Assembly (NCBI GenBank): GCA_964654465.1
Contig: CAZZIO010000034.1
Coordinates: 1 to 30,306 of the forward strand
Length of the DNA: 30,306 bases
Direction: 5' to 3'
Origin: an uncultured Dictyoglomota bacterium
GTDB lineage: Bacteria; Dictyoglomota; Dictyoglomia; Dictyoglomales; Dictyoglomaceae
In this document: positions 1 to 10,180 of the stretch, in pieces
How positions within the stretch are numbered: position 1 is the first letter of the stretch
Layout of the letters: every line of letters begins with the position of its first letter
The notes under the pieces: model-generated
What the model was told of the DNA's origin: nothing
Seen by the model: only the letters and a program-made list of their open reading frames with translations
Databases searched by the model: none
Position numbers and translations under genes: made by a program

Positions 1-16
1 TAGGAGGAGATAAAGG

Positions 17-1234
17 ATGGCGAAGGAGAAATTTGTAAGGACGAAGCCACATGTAAACATAGGTACGATAGGTCACGTAGACCATGGTAAGACGACATTA
101 ACGTCGGCCATAACGATGGTATTAGCGGCGGAAGGGTTAGCGAAGCCATTGAAGTATGAAGACATAGATAAAGCGCCTGAGGAGAGGGCGAGAGGAGTGA
201 CGATAAACTTATATCATGCGGAATATGAGACACCAAACAGGCATTATGCGCACATAGATGCGCCGGGGCATGCTGACTATATAAAGAACATGATAACAGG
301 GGCTGCACAGATGGATGGAGCGATCTTAGTAGTATCAGCGGCGGATGGGCCAATGCCGCAGACGAGGGAGCACATACTATTAGCGAGGCAAGTAAACGTG
401 CCATACATAGTAGTATTTTTAAACAAGATAGACATGGTAGATGATCCAGAGATTGTGGACTTAGTTGAGATGGAAGTAAGGGACTTATTAACGAAGTATG
501 GATATCCAGGGGATGAAGTACCAGTAATAAGGGGGTCAGCATTAAAAGCCGTAGAGGTAATGGGTCAGAATCCGAACACGAAGAGAGGGGAGGACAAGTG
601 GGTAGATGCGATATGGGAATTAATGGATGCGGTAGACAGTTACATACCATTACCTGAGAGAGATGTAGACAAGCCATTTTTAATGCCAATAGAGGACATA
701 TTTAGCATAACTGGTAGAGGGACAGTAGTTACGGGGAGAGTAGAGAGAGGAAGAGTGAAGGTAGGGGATGAAGTAGAGATAGTAGGGTTAACAGATGAGA
801 TAAAGAAGAGTGTAGTAACAGGGGTAGAGATGTTCAGGAAGCAATTAGATGAAGCGATAGCTGGAGACAACATAGGGATATTATTAAGAGGGATAGACAA
901 AGATGAAGTAGAGAGGGGACAAGTAGTAGCGGCGCCAGGGAGTATAAAGCCACATACGCATTTCAAGGCGCAAGTATACGTATTAAAGAAGGAAGAAGGG
1001 GGAAGGCACACGCCATTTTTCAGTGGATACAAGCCACAATTTTATTTCAGAACTACAGATGTAACAGGTGAGATAAGATTACCAGAGGGAGTACAGATGG
1101 TGATGCCAGGGGACAATATAGAGATGGAGATAAAGTTAATAAAGCCTGTAGCATTAGAGGAAGGTTTAAGATTTGCAATCAGAGAAGGTGGAAAGACTGT
1201 TGGTGCAGGTGTCGTAACTAAAATTATTGAATAA
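17..1234 (+). CDS. tuf: Elongation factor Tu
   Basis: [10 protein letters not shown]-loop, [20 protein letters not shown]-terminal [21 protein letters not shown] at 2-7. Confidence 0.99.
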   Translation: MAKEKFVRTKPHVNIGTIGHVDHGKTTLTSAITMVLAAEGLAKPLKYEDIDKAPEERARGVTINLYHAEYETPNRHYAHIDAPGHADYIKNMITGAAQMDGAILVVSAADGPMPQTREHILLARQVNVPYIVVFLNKIDMVDDPEIVDLVEMEVRDLLTKYGYPGDEVPVIRGSALKAVEVMGQNPNTKRGEDKWVDAIWELMDAVDSYIPLPERDVDKPFLMPIEDIFSITGRGTVVTGRVERGRVKVGDEVEIVGLTDEIKKSVVTGVEMFRKQLDEAIAGDNIGILLRGIDKDEVERGQVVAAPGSIKPHTHFKAQVYVLKKEEGGRHTPFFSGYKPQFYFRTTDVTGEIRLPEGVQMVMPGDNIEMEIKLIKPVALEEGLRFAIREGGKTVGAGVVTKIIE

Positions 1235-1252
1235 TGGGGGCGATCAGTAGAC

Positions 1253-1573
1253 ATGAGTAGTTATTCAGATAGACAAAAAATAAGAATTAAATTAAAAGCA
1301 TTTGATCACAGAGTTCTTGATCAATCAACTAAAAAGATTATAGAAACAGTAAGAGGAACTGGGGCTAAGATTTCTGGCCCTATTCCTCTTCCTACAAAGG
1401 TTACAAGATATTGGGTATTACGTTCTCCACACGTGAATAAAAACTCTGGAGAACATTTTGAAATAAGGATTCATAAAAGACTAATTGATATAGAAAATCC
1501 AACAGCAAAAACAGTGGAAGCTCTTATGAATTTAGAGCTTCCAGCTGGTGTTGAAGTTGAAATTAAAACATAG
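1253..1573 (+). CDS. rpsJ: 30S ribosomal protein S10 (uS10)
   Basis: [26 protein letters not shown]...HKRLID motifs; first gene of the S10 cluster. Confidence 0.99.
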   Translation: MSSYSDRQKIRIKLKAFDHRVLDQSTKKIIETVRGTGAKISGPIPLPTKVTRYWVLRSPHVNKNSGEHFEIRIHKRLIDIENPTAKTVEALMNLELPAGVEVEIKT

Positions 1574-1588
1574 AGAGGGGTAAAGACT

Positions 1589-2233
1589 ATGGCTGCTCCT
1601 ACAACAAAAGCTATATTAGGTAGAAAAGTTGGAATGACCCAGATTTTTGGTGAAAATGGCGAGATTATACCAGTAACAGTAATAAAGAGTGGACCTTGCC
1701 TTATATTAAATGTGAGAACTAAAGAAAAAGATGGATATAATGCTATTCAATTAGGGTTTGAAAGGTGTAAGGAGAGTAAACTAAATAAGCCATTGTTAGG
1801 TATATTTAAAAAATTGGGATTTCCACCCTTTAAAGTTATAAAGGAGGTAAGAGTAGTTAATACTTCAGATTTTGTTCCTGGTCAAGAGATAAAAGTAGAA
1901 ATATTTCAAGAAGGAGAATTGGTTGACGTAACTGGTAAGAGTAAAGGGCATGGATATACTGGACATATCAAATTGTGGAATTTTGCACGTGGTAGAATGT
2001 CTCATGGTTCTAAATTTCATAGAAGAAGAGCATCAATTGGTGCTGGTGGAGTTCAGCATGTAATGAAAGGTCAGAAAATGGCAGGAAGATGGGGCAATGA
2101 AACTATCACTGTTCAAAATCTAAAGATTGTAAAGGTAGATAAAGAAAAAGATTTAATTTTGGTTAAAGGTGCTGTTCCTGGTCCTGTAGGTAATTTATTA
2201 ATTATCAGAAAGGCTGTTAAGGATATAAAGTAA
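1589..2233 (+). CDS. rplC: 50S ribosomal protein L3 (uL3)
   Basis: LGRKVGMTQIF, DGYNAIQLG, VDVTGKSKG, VKGAVPG motifs; synteny. Confidence 0.99.
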   Translation: MAAPTTKAILGRKVGMTQIFGENGEIIPVTVIKSGPCLILNVRTKEKDGYNAIQLGFERCKESKLNKPLLGIFKKLGFPPFKVIKEVRVVNTSDFVPGQEIKVEIFQEGELVDVTGKSKGHGYTGHIKLWNFARGRMSHGSKFHRRRASIGAGGVQHVMKGQKMAGRWGNETITVQNLKIVKVDKEKDLILVKGAVPGPVGNLLIIRKAVKDIK

Positions 2234-2251
2234 TAGGAAGGGGATAGAAAA

Positions 2252-2881
2252 ATGATTCAAGTACCTGTATATAACCAAAAAGCAGAAAAGATTGGAGAGA
2301 TTGAGTTAAAAGATGAATTATTTGGAATAGAGAAAAGACCTGACCTTTTCTACACATGTGTGGTCATGCATTTAGCTAATGGTAGACAGGGTACTCATTC
2401 TACCAAGAGGAGAGGAGAGGTAAATAGAAGTGGTAGAAAGGTTTGGCCTCAAAAAGGTACAGGTCACGCAAGACAGGGTGATAGAAAAGCTACTCATTGG
2501 GTAGGTGGAGGTAGACCTTTTGGTCCAAAACCTCGTGATTATTCTTATAAGATTCCTAAGAAGGTGAGAAGACTTGCAATAAGATCTGCATTATCTACTA
2601 AGCTTAAGGAAAATAACCTTTATATTTTGGATAAAATTGAATTATCACAACCCAAAACAAAAGAGTTGGTAAATATATTAAATAATTTTGGATTAAAAGA
2701 AGCAAAAGTACTTATAGGTATACCTCAAAAAGATGAAACATTAAAAAGAGCTGCTATGAATTTAGAGAATGTAAAAACGATGGTAGCATCTTGTCTTAAT
2801 GTATATGATTTATTAAAATATGATTATTTGGTATTGACTGTTGATGCTATACCTGTAATAGAGGAGGCATTTTTGAAATGA
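2252..2881 (+). CDS. rplD: 50S ribosomal protein L4 (uL4)
   Basis: RQGTHSTK.R.EV, QKGTG.AR.G, GGG..FGPKPRDY motifs. Confidence 0.99.
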   Translation: MIQVPVYNQKAEKIGEIELKDELFGIEKRPDLFYTCVVMHLANGRQGTHSTKRRGEVNRSGRKVWPQKGTGHARQGDRKATHWVGGGRPFGPKPRDYSYKIPKKVRRLAIRSALSTKLKENNLYILDKIELSQPKTKELVNILNNFGLKEAKVLIGIPQKDETLKRAAMNLENVKTMVASCLNVYDLLKYDYLVLTVDAIPVIEEAFLK

Positions 2882-3165
2882 GAGATCCATACACTGTTAT
2901 TATAAAGCCTGTTCTTACTGAAAAAAGTTTAAATTTGGCTAAAGAAGGTAAGTATGTTTTTGAAGTGGCTAAGGATACAAATAAAATAGAAGTTGGAAAA
3001 GCAGTTGAGGAAATTTTTAAGGTAAAGGTTAAAAAGGTGGCTATAATAAATGAAAAACCAAAAAGACGTAGATTGGGTCTTTCTCAGGGATTTACTTCAA
3101 CAAGAAAGAAAGCCATAGTAACTTTAGAACCAGGTTATAAAATAGAGCTTATTAGTGGAGTATAG
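2878..3165 (+). CDS. rplW: 50S ribosomal protein L23 (uL23)
   Basis: P.LTEKS, Y.FEV, KKAIVTL motifs; ATGA overlap with rplD. Confidence 0.98.
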   Translation: MRDPYTVIIKPVLTEKSLNLAKEGKYVFEVAKDTNKIEVGKAVEEIFKVKVKKVAIINEKPKRRRLGLSQGFTSTRKKAIVTLEPGYKIELISGV

Positions 3166-3178
3166 GAGGTAGAAAAGA

Positions 3179-4024
3179 ATGGGACTTAAAAAGTTTAAAC
3201 CTATTACACCTGGATTAAGACATTTAATATTGCCTGATTTTTCAGAGATTACTAAAGAAGAACCTGAAAAATCTCTGCTAAAACCACTTAAGAAAAGTGG
3301 TGGAAGGAATAATTTTGGCCATGTTACTACAAGATTTAGAGGTGGTGGTCATAAGAGACTTTATAGAATAATTGATTTCAGGAGAGATAAAGATGGAATA
3401 CCAGCTAAAGTAGCAAGTATAGAGTATGATCCAAATAGAACTGCCAGGATAGCGTTATTATATTATGCTGATGGAGAGAAAAGATACATTATAGCACCAG
3501 AAGGTTTAAAAGTTGGAGATATTATTATGTCTGGCGAAAATGTTGATATTAAAGTAGGGAATAATCTTCCTTTAAAGAATATTCCTGATGGAACATTGAT
3601 TCATAATTTGGAGTTATATCCTGGAAGAGGCGGTCAACTTGTAAGGGCTGCTGGAACAGCTGCTCAAATCTTAGGTAAAGAAGGAAAATGGGCATACGTA
3701 AGGCTCCCATCGGGCGAAATAAGGTTGTTTGATTTAAATTGTAGAGCAACTATCGGTCAGGTAAGTAATGTGGATAATCAGAACATATCCTTAGGAAAAG
3801 CAGGGAGAAGCAGATGGCTTGGTAGAAGACCTCATGTAAGAGGTTCTGCTATGAATGCTGTAGATCATCCTCACGGAGGTGGTGAGGGTAAGGCACCTAT
3901 AGGTCATCCAGGACCTCTTACTCCTTGGGGTAAACCAACTCTTGGGTACAAGACAAGGAAAAAGAGAAAGCCTTCTGATCGTTTCATAATTCAAAGAGCA
4001 AACGACAAAAAAGAAATGAAGTAA
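3179..4024 (+). CDS. rplB: 50S ribosomal protein L2 (uL2)
   Basis: [38 protein letters not shown] motifs. Confidence 0.99.
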   Translation: MGLKKFKPITPGLRHLILPDFSEITKEEPEKSLLKPLKKSGGRNNFGHVTTRFRGGGHKRLYRIIDFRRDKDGIPAKVASIEYDPNRTARIALLYYADGEKRYIIAPEGLKVGDIIMSGENVDIKVGNNLPLKNIPDGTLIHNLELYPGRGGQLVRAAGTAAQILGKEGKWAYVRLPSGEIRLFDLNCRATIGQVSNVDNQNISLGKAGRSRWLGRRPHVRGSAMNAVDHPHGGGEGKAPIGHPGPLTPWGKPTLGYKTRKKRKPSDRFIIQRANDKKEMK

Positions 4025-4037
4025 AGGGGAGGAGCTC

Positions 4038-4322
4038 ATGGGTCGTTCATTAAAAAAGGGTCCATATGTAGATCCAAAACTTCTTAAAAAGATAAGAGAG
4101 TTAAATGAGAAAGGCGAAAAAAGAATTATTAAGACTTGGTCTAGGAGATCTGTTATTGTTCCAGAAATGGTAGGACATACTATTGCTGTATATAATGGAA
4201 GAAAGCATATTCCAGTGTATATTACAGAGAATATGATAGGGCACAGATTGGGAGAATTTGCTCCTACAAGAACATTTACAGGTCACAGAATACCTACTGC
4301 TCGTATTACAGCGATTAAGTAG
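4038..4322 (+). CDS. rpsS: 30S ribosomal protein S19 (uS19)
   Basis: [27 protein letters not shown] motifs. Confidence 0.99.
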   Translation: MGRSLKKGPYVDPKLLKKIRELNEKGEKRIIKTWSRRSVIVPEMVGHTIAVYNGRKHIPVYITENMIGHRLGEFAPTRTFTGHRIPTARITAIK

Positions 4323-4337
4323 GGAGGTTGAATTTAG

Positions 4338-4682
4338 ATGATTGAAGTAAAGGCTGAAAGCAAATATATTAGAATATCTCCTTACAAGGCAAGAAGGGTT
4401 ATTGATCTTGTAAGGGGTAAAATGGTTAGTGAGGCTGAGGCTATTTTAGAAAACCTTCCTCATAAAGCTGCACATTTTATACTAAAATGTTTGAGATCTG
4501 CTAAAGCAAATGCTGAACACAATTATGGACTTAGGGCTGAAAGATTATATGTATCAAAGGCTTTTGTAAATGAGGGTCCACGTTGGAAGAGGTTAAATCC
4601 ACGTGCAAGAGGAAGGGCAGATATTATACAAATTAGAAATAGTCATATAGTAATCTATTTAAAAGAGAAGGAGGAAGAATAA
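4338..4682 (+). CDS. rplV: 50S ribosomal protein L22 (uL22)
   Basis: [20 protein letters not shown] motifs. Confidence 0.99.
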   Translation: MIEVKAESKYIRISPYKARRVIDLVRGKMVSEAEAILENLPHKAAHFILKCLRSAKANAEHNYGLRAERLYVSKAFVNEGPRWKRLNPRARGRADIIQIRNSHIVIYLKEKEEE

Positions 4683-4683
4683 T

Positions 4684-5421
4684 ATGGGGCAGAAGACACA
4701 CCCTTATGGTTTTAGATTAGGTATAACAAAAGATTGGAAAAGTCATTGGTATGCTGAAAAATCTGATTATTCCTCCTTAATACATGAAGATTGGGCTATA
4801 AGAAATTATATTAAAAAGAACTACTACCAAGCAGGAATATCACGTGTTGAGATTGAGAGAAAAGCTATAAATAGAGTTGATATAACAATTCATACTGCAA
4901 GGCCTGGTGTACTCATTGGAAGAGGTGGAAGTGAAATTGAAAATATAAGGAAAAATCTTGTTAAATTAACTAATAAAAATGTTTTTGTTAATGTGATAGA
5001 AGTAAAAAATCCAGAACTTGATGCCCAACTTGTAGCTGAGAATATAGCAATGCAAATAGAAAAAAGAATAAGTTATAAGAGAGCAATGAAACAAGCAATA
5101 AATAGAGCTTTAAGGGCTGGAGCAAAGGGTATAAAAGTAATGTGTAGTGGAAGACTTAATGGTGCAGAAATTGCAAGATCAGAGTGGTTTAGAGAAGGCC
5201 GTATTCCTTTGCAGACTTTAACTGCTGATATTGATTATGGTTTTGCGGAGGCTTTCACTATATCAGGAGTAATAGGAGTAAAAGTTTGGATATATAAAGG
5301 AGATATTCCTGAACTTCATAAAGAACCTATTCGAGAGTTACCGGAAAAGGCTACACCTCAAAAGGTTATAGATGAAGATATGTATGAGAAAGATGAGGTG
5401 AATTACGATGTTGATGCCTAA
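4684..5421 (+). CDS. rpsC: 30S ribosomal protein S3 (uS3)
   Basis: MGQKTHP.GFRLG, RPG..IG.GG KH domain, GRL.GAEIAR; stop overlaps rplP start by 14 nt. Confidence 0.99.
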   Translation: MGQKTHPYGFRLGITKDWKSHWYAEKSDYSSLIHEDWAIRNYIKKNYYQAGISRVEIERKAINRVDITIHTARPGVLIGRGGSEIENIRKNLVKLTNKNVFVNVIEVKNPELDAQLVAENIAMQIEKRISYKRAMKQAINRALRAGAKGIKVMCSGRLNGAEIARSEWFREGRIPLQTLTADIDYGFAEAFTISGVIGVKVWIYKGDIPELHKEPIRELPEKATPQKVIDEDMYEKDEVNYDVDA

Positions 5422-5827
5422 AAGAGTTAAACATAGAAAACAACATCGTGGAAGATTAAAGGGAGTAGCTACGCGTGGTAATAGGGTAGTATTTGGTGAT
5501 TATGGTATACAAGCTTTAGCTCCAGCATGGATAACGAGTGAACAAATAGAGGCTGTAAGAAGAACTCTTACAAGACATGCTGGGAAAAATGGAAGAATAT
5601 GGATTAGGATTTTTCCAGACAAATCTGTAACAGCAAGGCCTGCAGAAAGTAGAATGGGTGGAGGCAAAGGTGATGTTAAAGGATGGGTAGCAGTAGTAAA
5701 GCCAGGTACAATACTTTTTGAAATTGGAGGAATCCCTAAGGAAGAAGCCATGGAAGCAGTAAGAATAGCTGGAAGTAAATTACCTATTAAGACAAGATTT
5801 GTAACAAGAGAATTGGGTGGTGATTAA
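5408..5827 (+). CDS. rplP: 50S ribosomal protein L16 (uL16)
   Basis: [27 protein letters not shown] motifs. Confidence 0.99.
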   Translation: MLMPKRVKHRKQHRGRLKGVATRGNRVVFGDYGIQALAPAWITSEQIEAVRRTLTRHAGKNGRIWIRIFPDKSVTARPAESRMGGGKGDVKGWVAVVKPGTILFEIGGIPKEEAMEAVRIAGSKLPIKTRFVTRELGGD

Positions 5828-5830
5828 TAT

Positions 5831-6034
5831 ATGGGGAGAAGAGCTATGGAGTTAAGAGAAAAAACCAATGAAGAGTTAATGGAAGAATTAAAGAAATTGA
5901 GATCAGAGCTTTTTAATCTCCGAGTACAACAATCAACAGGTGGGTTAACTAATCCTCATAGATTGAAGGAAATAAGAAAAGATATTGCTCGAATTCTTAC
6001 TATTCTGAGAGAGCGTGAACTTAAAAAATCTTAA
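5831..6034 (+). CDS. rpmC: 50S ribosomal protein L29 (uL29)
   Basis: [17 protein letters not shown] motifs; synteny. Confidence 0.97.
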   Translation: MGRRAMELREKTNEELMEELKKLRSELFNLRVQQSTGGLTNPHRLKEIRKDIARILTILRERELKKS

Positions 6035-6052
6035 TTTAAGGAGAGAGATTAA

Positions 6053-6394
6053 ATGAGTGGCAAGAGAAAAGAAATGATAGGAAAAGTTGTAAGTGCAAAA
6101 ATGCAAAAAACTATTGTTGTTTTAGTAGAACAGACTTATACTCATCCATTATATAAGAAAACAGTAACAAGAAGGAAAAAGTATAAGGCTCATGATGAGC
6201 TTCAAGAAGCTCGTGAAGGTGATATTGTATTAATAAGGGAAACAAGACCACTATCAAAAGAAAAAAGATGGAGATTAGTAAAGATCTTGAAAAAAGCAGA
6301 ATTAATACCTACCTTATCTGGGGAAAACGTGGAAGAGAATATTACTAATGACAGTATAAGGGAAGGTGATTTAAATGATAATGCCTCAAACTAG
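6053..6394 (+). CDS. rpsQ: 30S ribosomal protein S17 (uS17) with acidic C-terminal extension
   Basis: G.VVS.KMQKT, HPLY.K, HDE, ETRPLSK.KRW motifs. Confidence 0.98.
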   Translation: MSGKRKEMIGKVVSAKMQKTIVVLVEQTYTHPLYKKTVTRRKKYKAHDELQEAREGDIVLIRETRPLSKEKRWRLVKILKKAELIPTLSGENVEENITNDSIREGDLNDNASN

Positions 6395-6737
6395 ATTGGT
6401 AGTAGCAGACAATAGTGGAGCTAAAGAGATAATGTGCTTTAGAATTTTAGGAAAAAAGAGAGTAGCTCAGGTTGGAGATATTATAGTGGCCAGCGTAAAA
6501 GATGCTGTTCCAAGAGCTAATATCAAGAAGGGTGATGTAGTATATGCTGTGGTTATTAGAACAAGAAGAACTATAAGAAGGAAAGATGGATCTTATGTAA
6601 GGTTTGATGACAATGCGGCAGTAATAATTGATAAGGATGGTAATCCAAGAGGGACAAGAGTGTTTGGACCAGTAGCCAGAGAATTAAGGGAAAAGAATTT
6701 TATGAAAATTATCTCTTTAGCAACAGAAGTCATATAG
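6375..6737 (+). CDS. rplN: 50S ribosomal protein L14 (uL14)
   Basis: [27 protein letters not shown] motifs. Confidence 0.99.
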   Translation: MIMPQTRLVVADNSGAKEIMCFRILGKKRVAQVGDIIVASVKDAVPRANIKKGDVVYAVVIRTRRTIRRKDGSYVRFDDNAAVIIDKDGNPRGTRVFGPVARELREKNFMKIISLATEVI

Positions 6738-6749
6738 AGGTGAAGAGAG

Positions 6750-7067
6750 ATGGATATTAAAAAGGGTGATTTAGTTCTCGTAATATCAGGAAAAGATAAA
6801 GGAAAAAAAGGAAAGGTTATCTCTGTTCTTCCTGCTGAAGAGAAAATAGTTGTCGAAGGAGTTAATATTGTAAAAAAACATGTACGTCCTTCTGCTAAAA
6901 TGAGGCAAGGTGGAATAGTTGAGAAACCGGCACCTTTATATAGGTGTAAAGTTATGCTTATATGTCCTCGTTGTAACCAACCTACGAGGATAAAGCATAC
7001 ATTTTTAGATGATGGAAAAAAAGTAAGAGTTTGCTCTAAATGTAAAGAGATTATTGATCGTGTTTAA
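6750..7067 (+). CDS. rplX: 50S ribosomal protein L24 (uL24), Cys-containing (CPRC/CSKC) form
   Basis: KOW motif [23 protein letters not shown]. Confidence 0.99.
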   Translation: MDIKKGDLVLVISGKDKGKKGKVISVLPAEEKIVVEGVNIVKKHVRPSAKMRQGGIVEKPAPLYRCKVMLICPRCNQPTRIKHTFLDDGKKVRVCSKCKEIIDRV

Positions 7068-7085
7068 TAAGGGAGGAAGGTAATA

Positions 7086-7625
7086 ATGGAAGTTTTAAAG
7101 CAAAAATATATTCAAGAAGTAATTCCTGCAATGATGAAGAAGTTCGGATATAAGAATCCAATGGCTGTACCTAAAATTGAAAAGATTGTAGTAAATATTG
7201 GAGTAAGTGAAGCAGTACAAAATCCAGGAGCAATTGAAGCTGCAGCTCGAGATCTCAGCATCATTACAGGGCAAAAACCCATAGTACGAAAAGCCCGTAA
7301 ATCTATAGCAAACTTTCACTTAAGGAAAGGTATGCCTATAGGATTAAAGGTAACTTTAAGAGGAGAAAGAATGTATGCCTTCTTATACAAATTGATAAAT
7401 CTTGCTTTGCCAAGAGTGAGAGATTTTTCAGGTGTTTCACCTAATTCTTTTGATGGTAGAGGTAATTACTCCTTAGGTCTTAAAGAACAATTAGTTTTTC
7501 CTGAAATAGAATATGACAAGATAGATAGAATAAGAGGGATGGATATTACCATTGTGACAACAGCAGAAACAGACGAAGAAGCTAAGGAGCTTCTTTCTCT
7601 TCTTGGAATGCCATTTAAAAAATAA
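7086..7625 (+). CDS. rplE: 50S ribosomal protein L5 (uL5)
   Basis: [28 protein letters not shown] motifs. Confidence 0.99.
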   Translation: MEVLKQKYIQEVIPAMMKKFGYKNPMAVPKIEKIVVNIGVSEAVQNPGAIEAAARDLSIITGQKPIVRKARKSIANFHLRKGMPIGLKVTLRGERMYAFLYKLINLALPRVRDFSGVSPNSFDGRGNYSLGLKEQLVFPEIEYDKIDRIRGMDITIVTTAETDEEAKELLSLLGMPFKK

Positions 7626-7648
7626 TTTGAAAAGCGAGGGAGGAAATT

Positions 7649-7834
7649 GTGGCTAAGAAATCGCAAATTGTAAAATGGCTTAAACCTAAGAAGTATAAGG
7701 TCAGAGAATATAATAGGTGTAGAATATGTGGAAGACCAAGAGGATATATAAGAAAGTTTGGTCTTTGCCGTTTATGTTTTAGGGAATTAGCTTTAAAAGG
7801 CGAATTACCAGGTGTTAGGAAAGCAAGTTGGTAA
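7649..7834 (+). CDS. rpsZ: 30S ribosomal protein S14, short Zn-binding (type Z) form
   Basis: 61 aa, CRICGRPR...LCRLCFRE, ends KASW; GTG start after SD GGGAGG. Confidence 0.98.
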   Translation: MAKKSQIVKWLKPKKYKVREYNRCRICGRPRGYIRKFGLCRLCFRELALKGELPGVRKASW

Positions 7835-7845
7835 GGAGGGTTGCT

Positions 7846-8241
7846 ATGAACGTAACAGATCCTATTGCTGATATGTTAGTTAGAATTAAAAATGCAAATA
7901 TGAGACGACATCCTACTGTTGATATTCCTCATTCAAGAATTAAGGAAAAGCTTGCAGAAATTTTGCTTAAGGAAGGATATATAGCAAAATATGAGGTAAT
8001 AGGAGAGATCCCACAAAAATATATTAGGATTTATCTAAAATATAAGGGAAAAACTCCCGTAATTCAGGAATTGAAAAGAGTGAGTAAACCCGGTAGGAGA
8101 TATTATGTTAAGAGAGAAGAAATTCCAAGGGTTCTTGGAGGTTTGGGAATTGCTATCTTATCTACCTCTAAAGGAATTATGACAGATAAAGAGGCAAGAC
8201 TTTTAGGGGTCGGTGGAGAGCTTATTTGTATGGTATGGTAG
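7846..8241 (+). CDS. rpsH: 30S ribosomal protein S8 (uS8)
   Basis: DPIADML.RI.N, SKPG.R.Y, ILSTSKG motifs. Start moved from the ORF track's 7828 to ATG 7846, which follows SD AAGGAGG. Confidence 0.98.
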   Translation: MNVTDPIADMLVRIKNANMRRHPTVDIPHSRIKEKLAEILLKEGYIAKYEVIGEIPQKYIRIYLKYKGKTPVIQELKRVSKPGRRYYVKREEIPRVLGGLGIAILSTSKGIMTDKEARLLGVGGELICMVW

Positions 8242-8258
8242 AAAAGGAGGAATAAAAT

Positions 8259-8801
8259 ATGTCACGAATAGGAAGAAAACCTATACCAATACCACAAAAT
8301 GTACAAGTAGAAATAAGTGATGGAAATTTGGTAAAGGTAAAAGGTCCTTTAGGAGAGCTAGAAAGAACTTTCCATCCTCTTGTATCTGTAAAGAAAGTAG
8401 ATGGCCAAATAGTAGTGGAGAGAGCTAATGACGAAAAATTTACTAAAGCCTTACATGGTTTAACAAGAGCTTTAATAAATAATATGGTAATAGGAGTAAC
8501 ACAAGGATTTGAGAAAAGATTGGAATTGCAGGGCACAGGATATAGAGCAAGAGTACAAGGTAATAAACTTGTGTTAGAATTGGGTTTTTCTCATCCCGTA
8601 GAGCTTGATATTCCTACAGGGCTTACAGTAACAGTACAAGATAATACTAAAATAAGTGTAAAGGGTATTGATAAAGAACTAGTGGGGCAGTTTGCAGCTA
8701 TAATTAGAAGAATTAGACCTGCAGATCCATATAAAGGAAAAGGTGTAAGATACGAAGGCGAAAAGATTAGACAAAAAGCTGGTAAGGCTGGTAAGAAGTA
8801 G
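8259..8801 (+). CDS. rplF: 50S ribosomal protein L6 (uL6)
   Basis: MSRIG.KP, G.GYRA, LG.SHP, PYKGKG.RY motifs. Confidence 0.99.
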   Translation: MSRIGRKPIPIPQNVQVEISDGNLVKVKGPLGELERTFHPLVSVKKVDGQIVVERANDEKFTKALHGLTRALINNMVIGVTQGFEKRLELQGTGYRARVQGNKLVLELGFSHPVELDIPTGLTVTVQDNTKISVKGIDKELVGQFAAIIRRIRPADPYKGKGVRYEGEKIRQKAGKAGKK

Positions 8802-8814
8802 GAGGTTTGACATT

Positions 8815-9183
8815 ATGATTATAAAAAGATCAAGAAAGGAACTTAGAAAAGTAAGGCATTTAAGAATAAGAAAAAAGATTTATGGAACTCCTGAAAGACC
8901 GAGATTAGCTGTTTTTAAAAGCTTGAGATATATATATGCTCAGATAATTGATGATACGAAAGGTCATACTTTAGTATCGGCTTCTTCCTTGGAAAAGGAA
9001 TTGAGATCACAGTTAAAATCTACTAAAAATATAGAAGCTGCAAAATTAGTTGGTGAAGTGATAGCAAAAAGAGCTTTAGAAAAGGGAATTAAAAAAGTAG
9101 TTTTTGATAGAGGTGGATTTTTATATCATGGTAAAGTCAAGGCTCTTGCTGATAGTGCAAGGGCAGCTGGCCTTGAATTCTAA
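8815..9183 (+). CDS. rplR: 50S ribosomal protein L18 (uL18)
   Basis: RPRL.V, YAQIIDD, VFDRGG..YHG.V, AR..GL.F motifs. Confidence 0.99.
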   Translation: MIIKRSRKELRKVRHLRIRKKIYGTPERPRLAVFKSLRYIYAQIIDDTKGHTLVSASSLEKELRSQLKSTKNIEAAKLVGEVIAKRALEKGIKKVVFDRGGFLYHGKVKALADSARAAGLEF

Positions 9184-9200
9184 AAAAGGAGGGAACTTCT

Positions 9201-9737
9201 TTGAAAGAGTTAGAACCTGTCTTTAAAGAAAGAGTTATAGAGATAAGAAGAGTAGCTAAAGTGGTTGCTGGTGGTAAAAATTTGCGTTTTAGAGCCTTAG
9301 TTGTAGTGGGTGATGAGCAGGGTACTGTTGGGGTAGGTATAGCAAAAGCTGCTGAAGTGCCAGATGCTATTAGAAAAGCTGTAAGAAGGGCTAAGAAGAA
9401 TGCGGTGAAGATATCAATAAGCAAAGGTACCATTCCGCATGAAGTATATGGAAAATTAGGAGCATCTAAAATACTTTTAAAGCCTGCTGCACCTGGAACA
9501 GGTGTTATAGCTGGTGGAGCTGCGAGAGCAGTCTTAGAGCTTGCAGGAATTAAAAATGTTTTGGCTAAAGCTTTGGGTTCTACTACAGCCATAAACCTTG
9601 CTCAAGCTACTTTTGAAGCTCTTAAAAAACTTAGATCTATTCCTGAAGTAGCTGAAATGAGAGATAAAAAGATAAGGGAGATAATAGATGTAAAACATAA
9701 GGAGGAGAATACCCAAAATAGGGAGGGAGAAAATTGA
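9201..9737 (+). CDS. rpsE: 30S ribosomal protein S5 (uS5)
   Basis: RVAKVV.GG, ALVVVGD, PA.PGTGVIAGG motifs; TTG start after SD AGGAGG. Confidence 0.98.
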   Translation: MKELEPVFKERVIEIRRVAKVVAGGKNLRFRALVVVGDEQGTVGVGIAKAAEVPDAIRKAVRRAKKNAVKISISKGTIPHEVYGKLGASKILLKPAAPGTGVIAGGAARAVLELAGIKNVLAKALGSTTAINLAQATFEALKKLRSIPEVAEMRDKKIREIIDVKHKEENTQNREGEN

Positions 9738-10180
9738 AATTATTTGAATTAAAGCCTAAATTAGGATCTCGTAAAAAACCTAAAAGATGGGGATGTGGAT
9801 ATGCTGCTTCTGGTAAATATGCAGGTAGAGGTATGAGTGGTCAGAACTCAAGAACTGGAGATGGCGTACGACCTGGTTTTGAGGGTGGTCAAACCCCATT
9901 AACTAGAAGATTACCCAAAATGGATGGTATTCCAAATCCTCCCCGCAGAAAATTTACTGTAATAAATCTTTCAGTTTTAGAGGAAAAGTTTAACGCAAAT
10001 GAGATTGTTGATCCTAATATACTTTTGGAGAAAAAAATAGTAAAAGAAATTGGAAATGGTGTAAAAATTCTTGGCAATGGTGAATTAACTAAACCTCTTC
10101 TTGTAAAAGCTCATGCCTTTAGTGAAAAAGCCCGACAGAAGATAGAAAGTGTGGGCGGAAAAGCTGAGGTGATTGAATAG
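9734..10180 (+). CDS. rplO: 50S ribosomal protein L15 (uL15)
   Basis: FEGGQTPL.RRLPK, KILGNGEL, FS..A..KIE..GG motifs; TTG start overlaps rpsE stop (TTGA). Confidence 0.97.
   Translation: MKLFELKPKLGSRKKPKRWGCGYAASGKYAGRGMSGQNSRTGDGVRPGFEGGQTPLTRRLPKMDGIPNPPRRKFTVINLSVLEEKFNANEIVDPNILLEKKIVKEIGNGVKILGNGELTKPLLVKAHAFSEKARQKIESVGGKAEVIE

Noticed and set aside
550-605. Insertion in EF-Tu domain I ([15 protein letters not shown])
   Set aside because: It matches the known roughly 10-aa insertion of Thermus-type EF-Tu, so it is not novel.
7828-7845. ORF-track start for rpsH at 7828
   Set aside because: It overlaps the S14 gene and contains the SD; ATG 7846 gives the canonical N-terminus.
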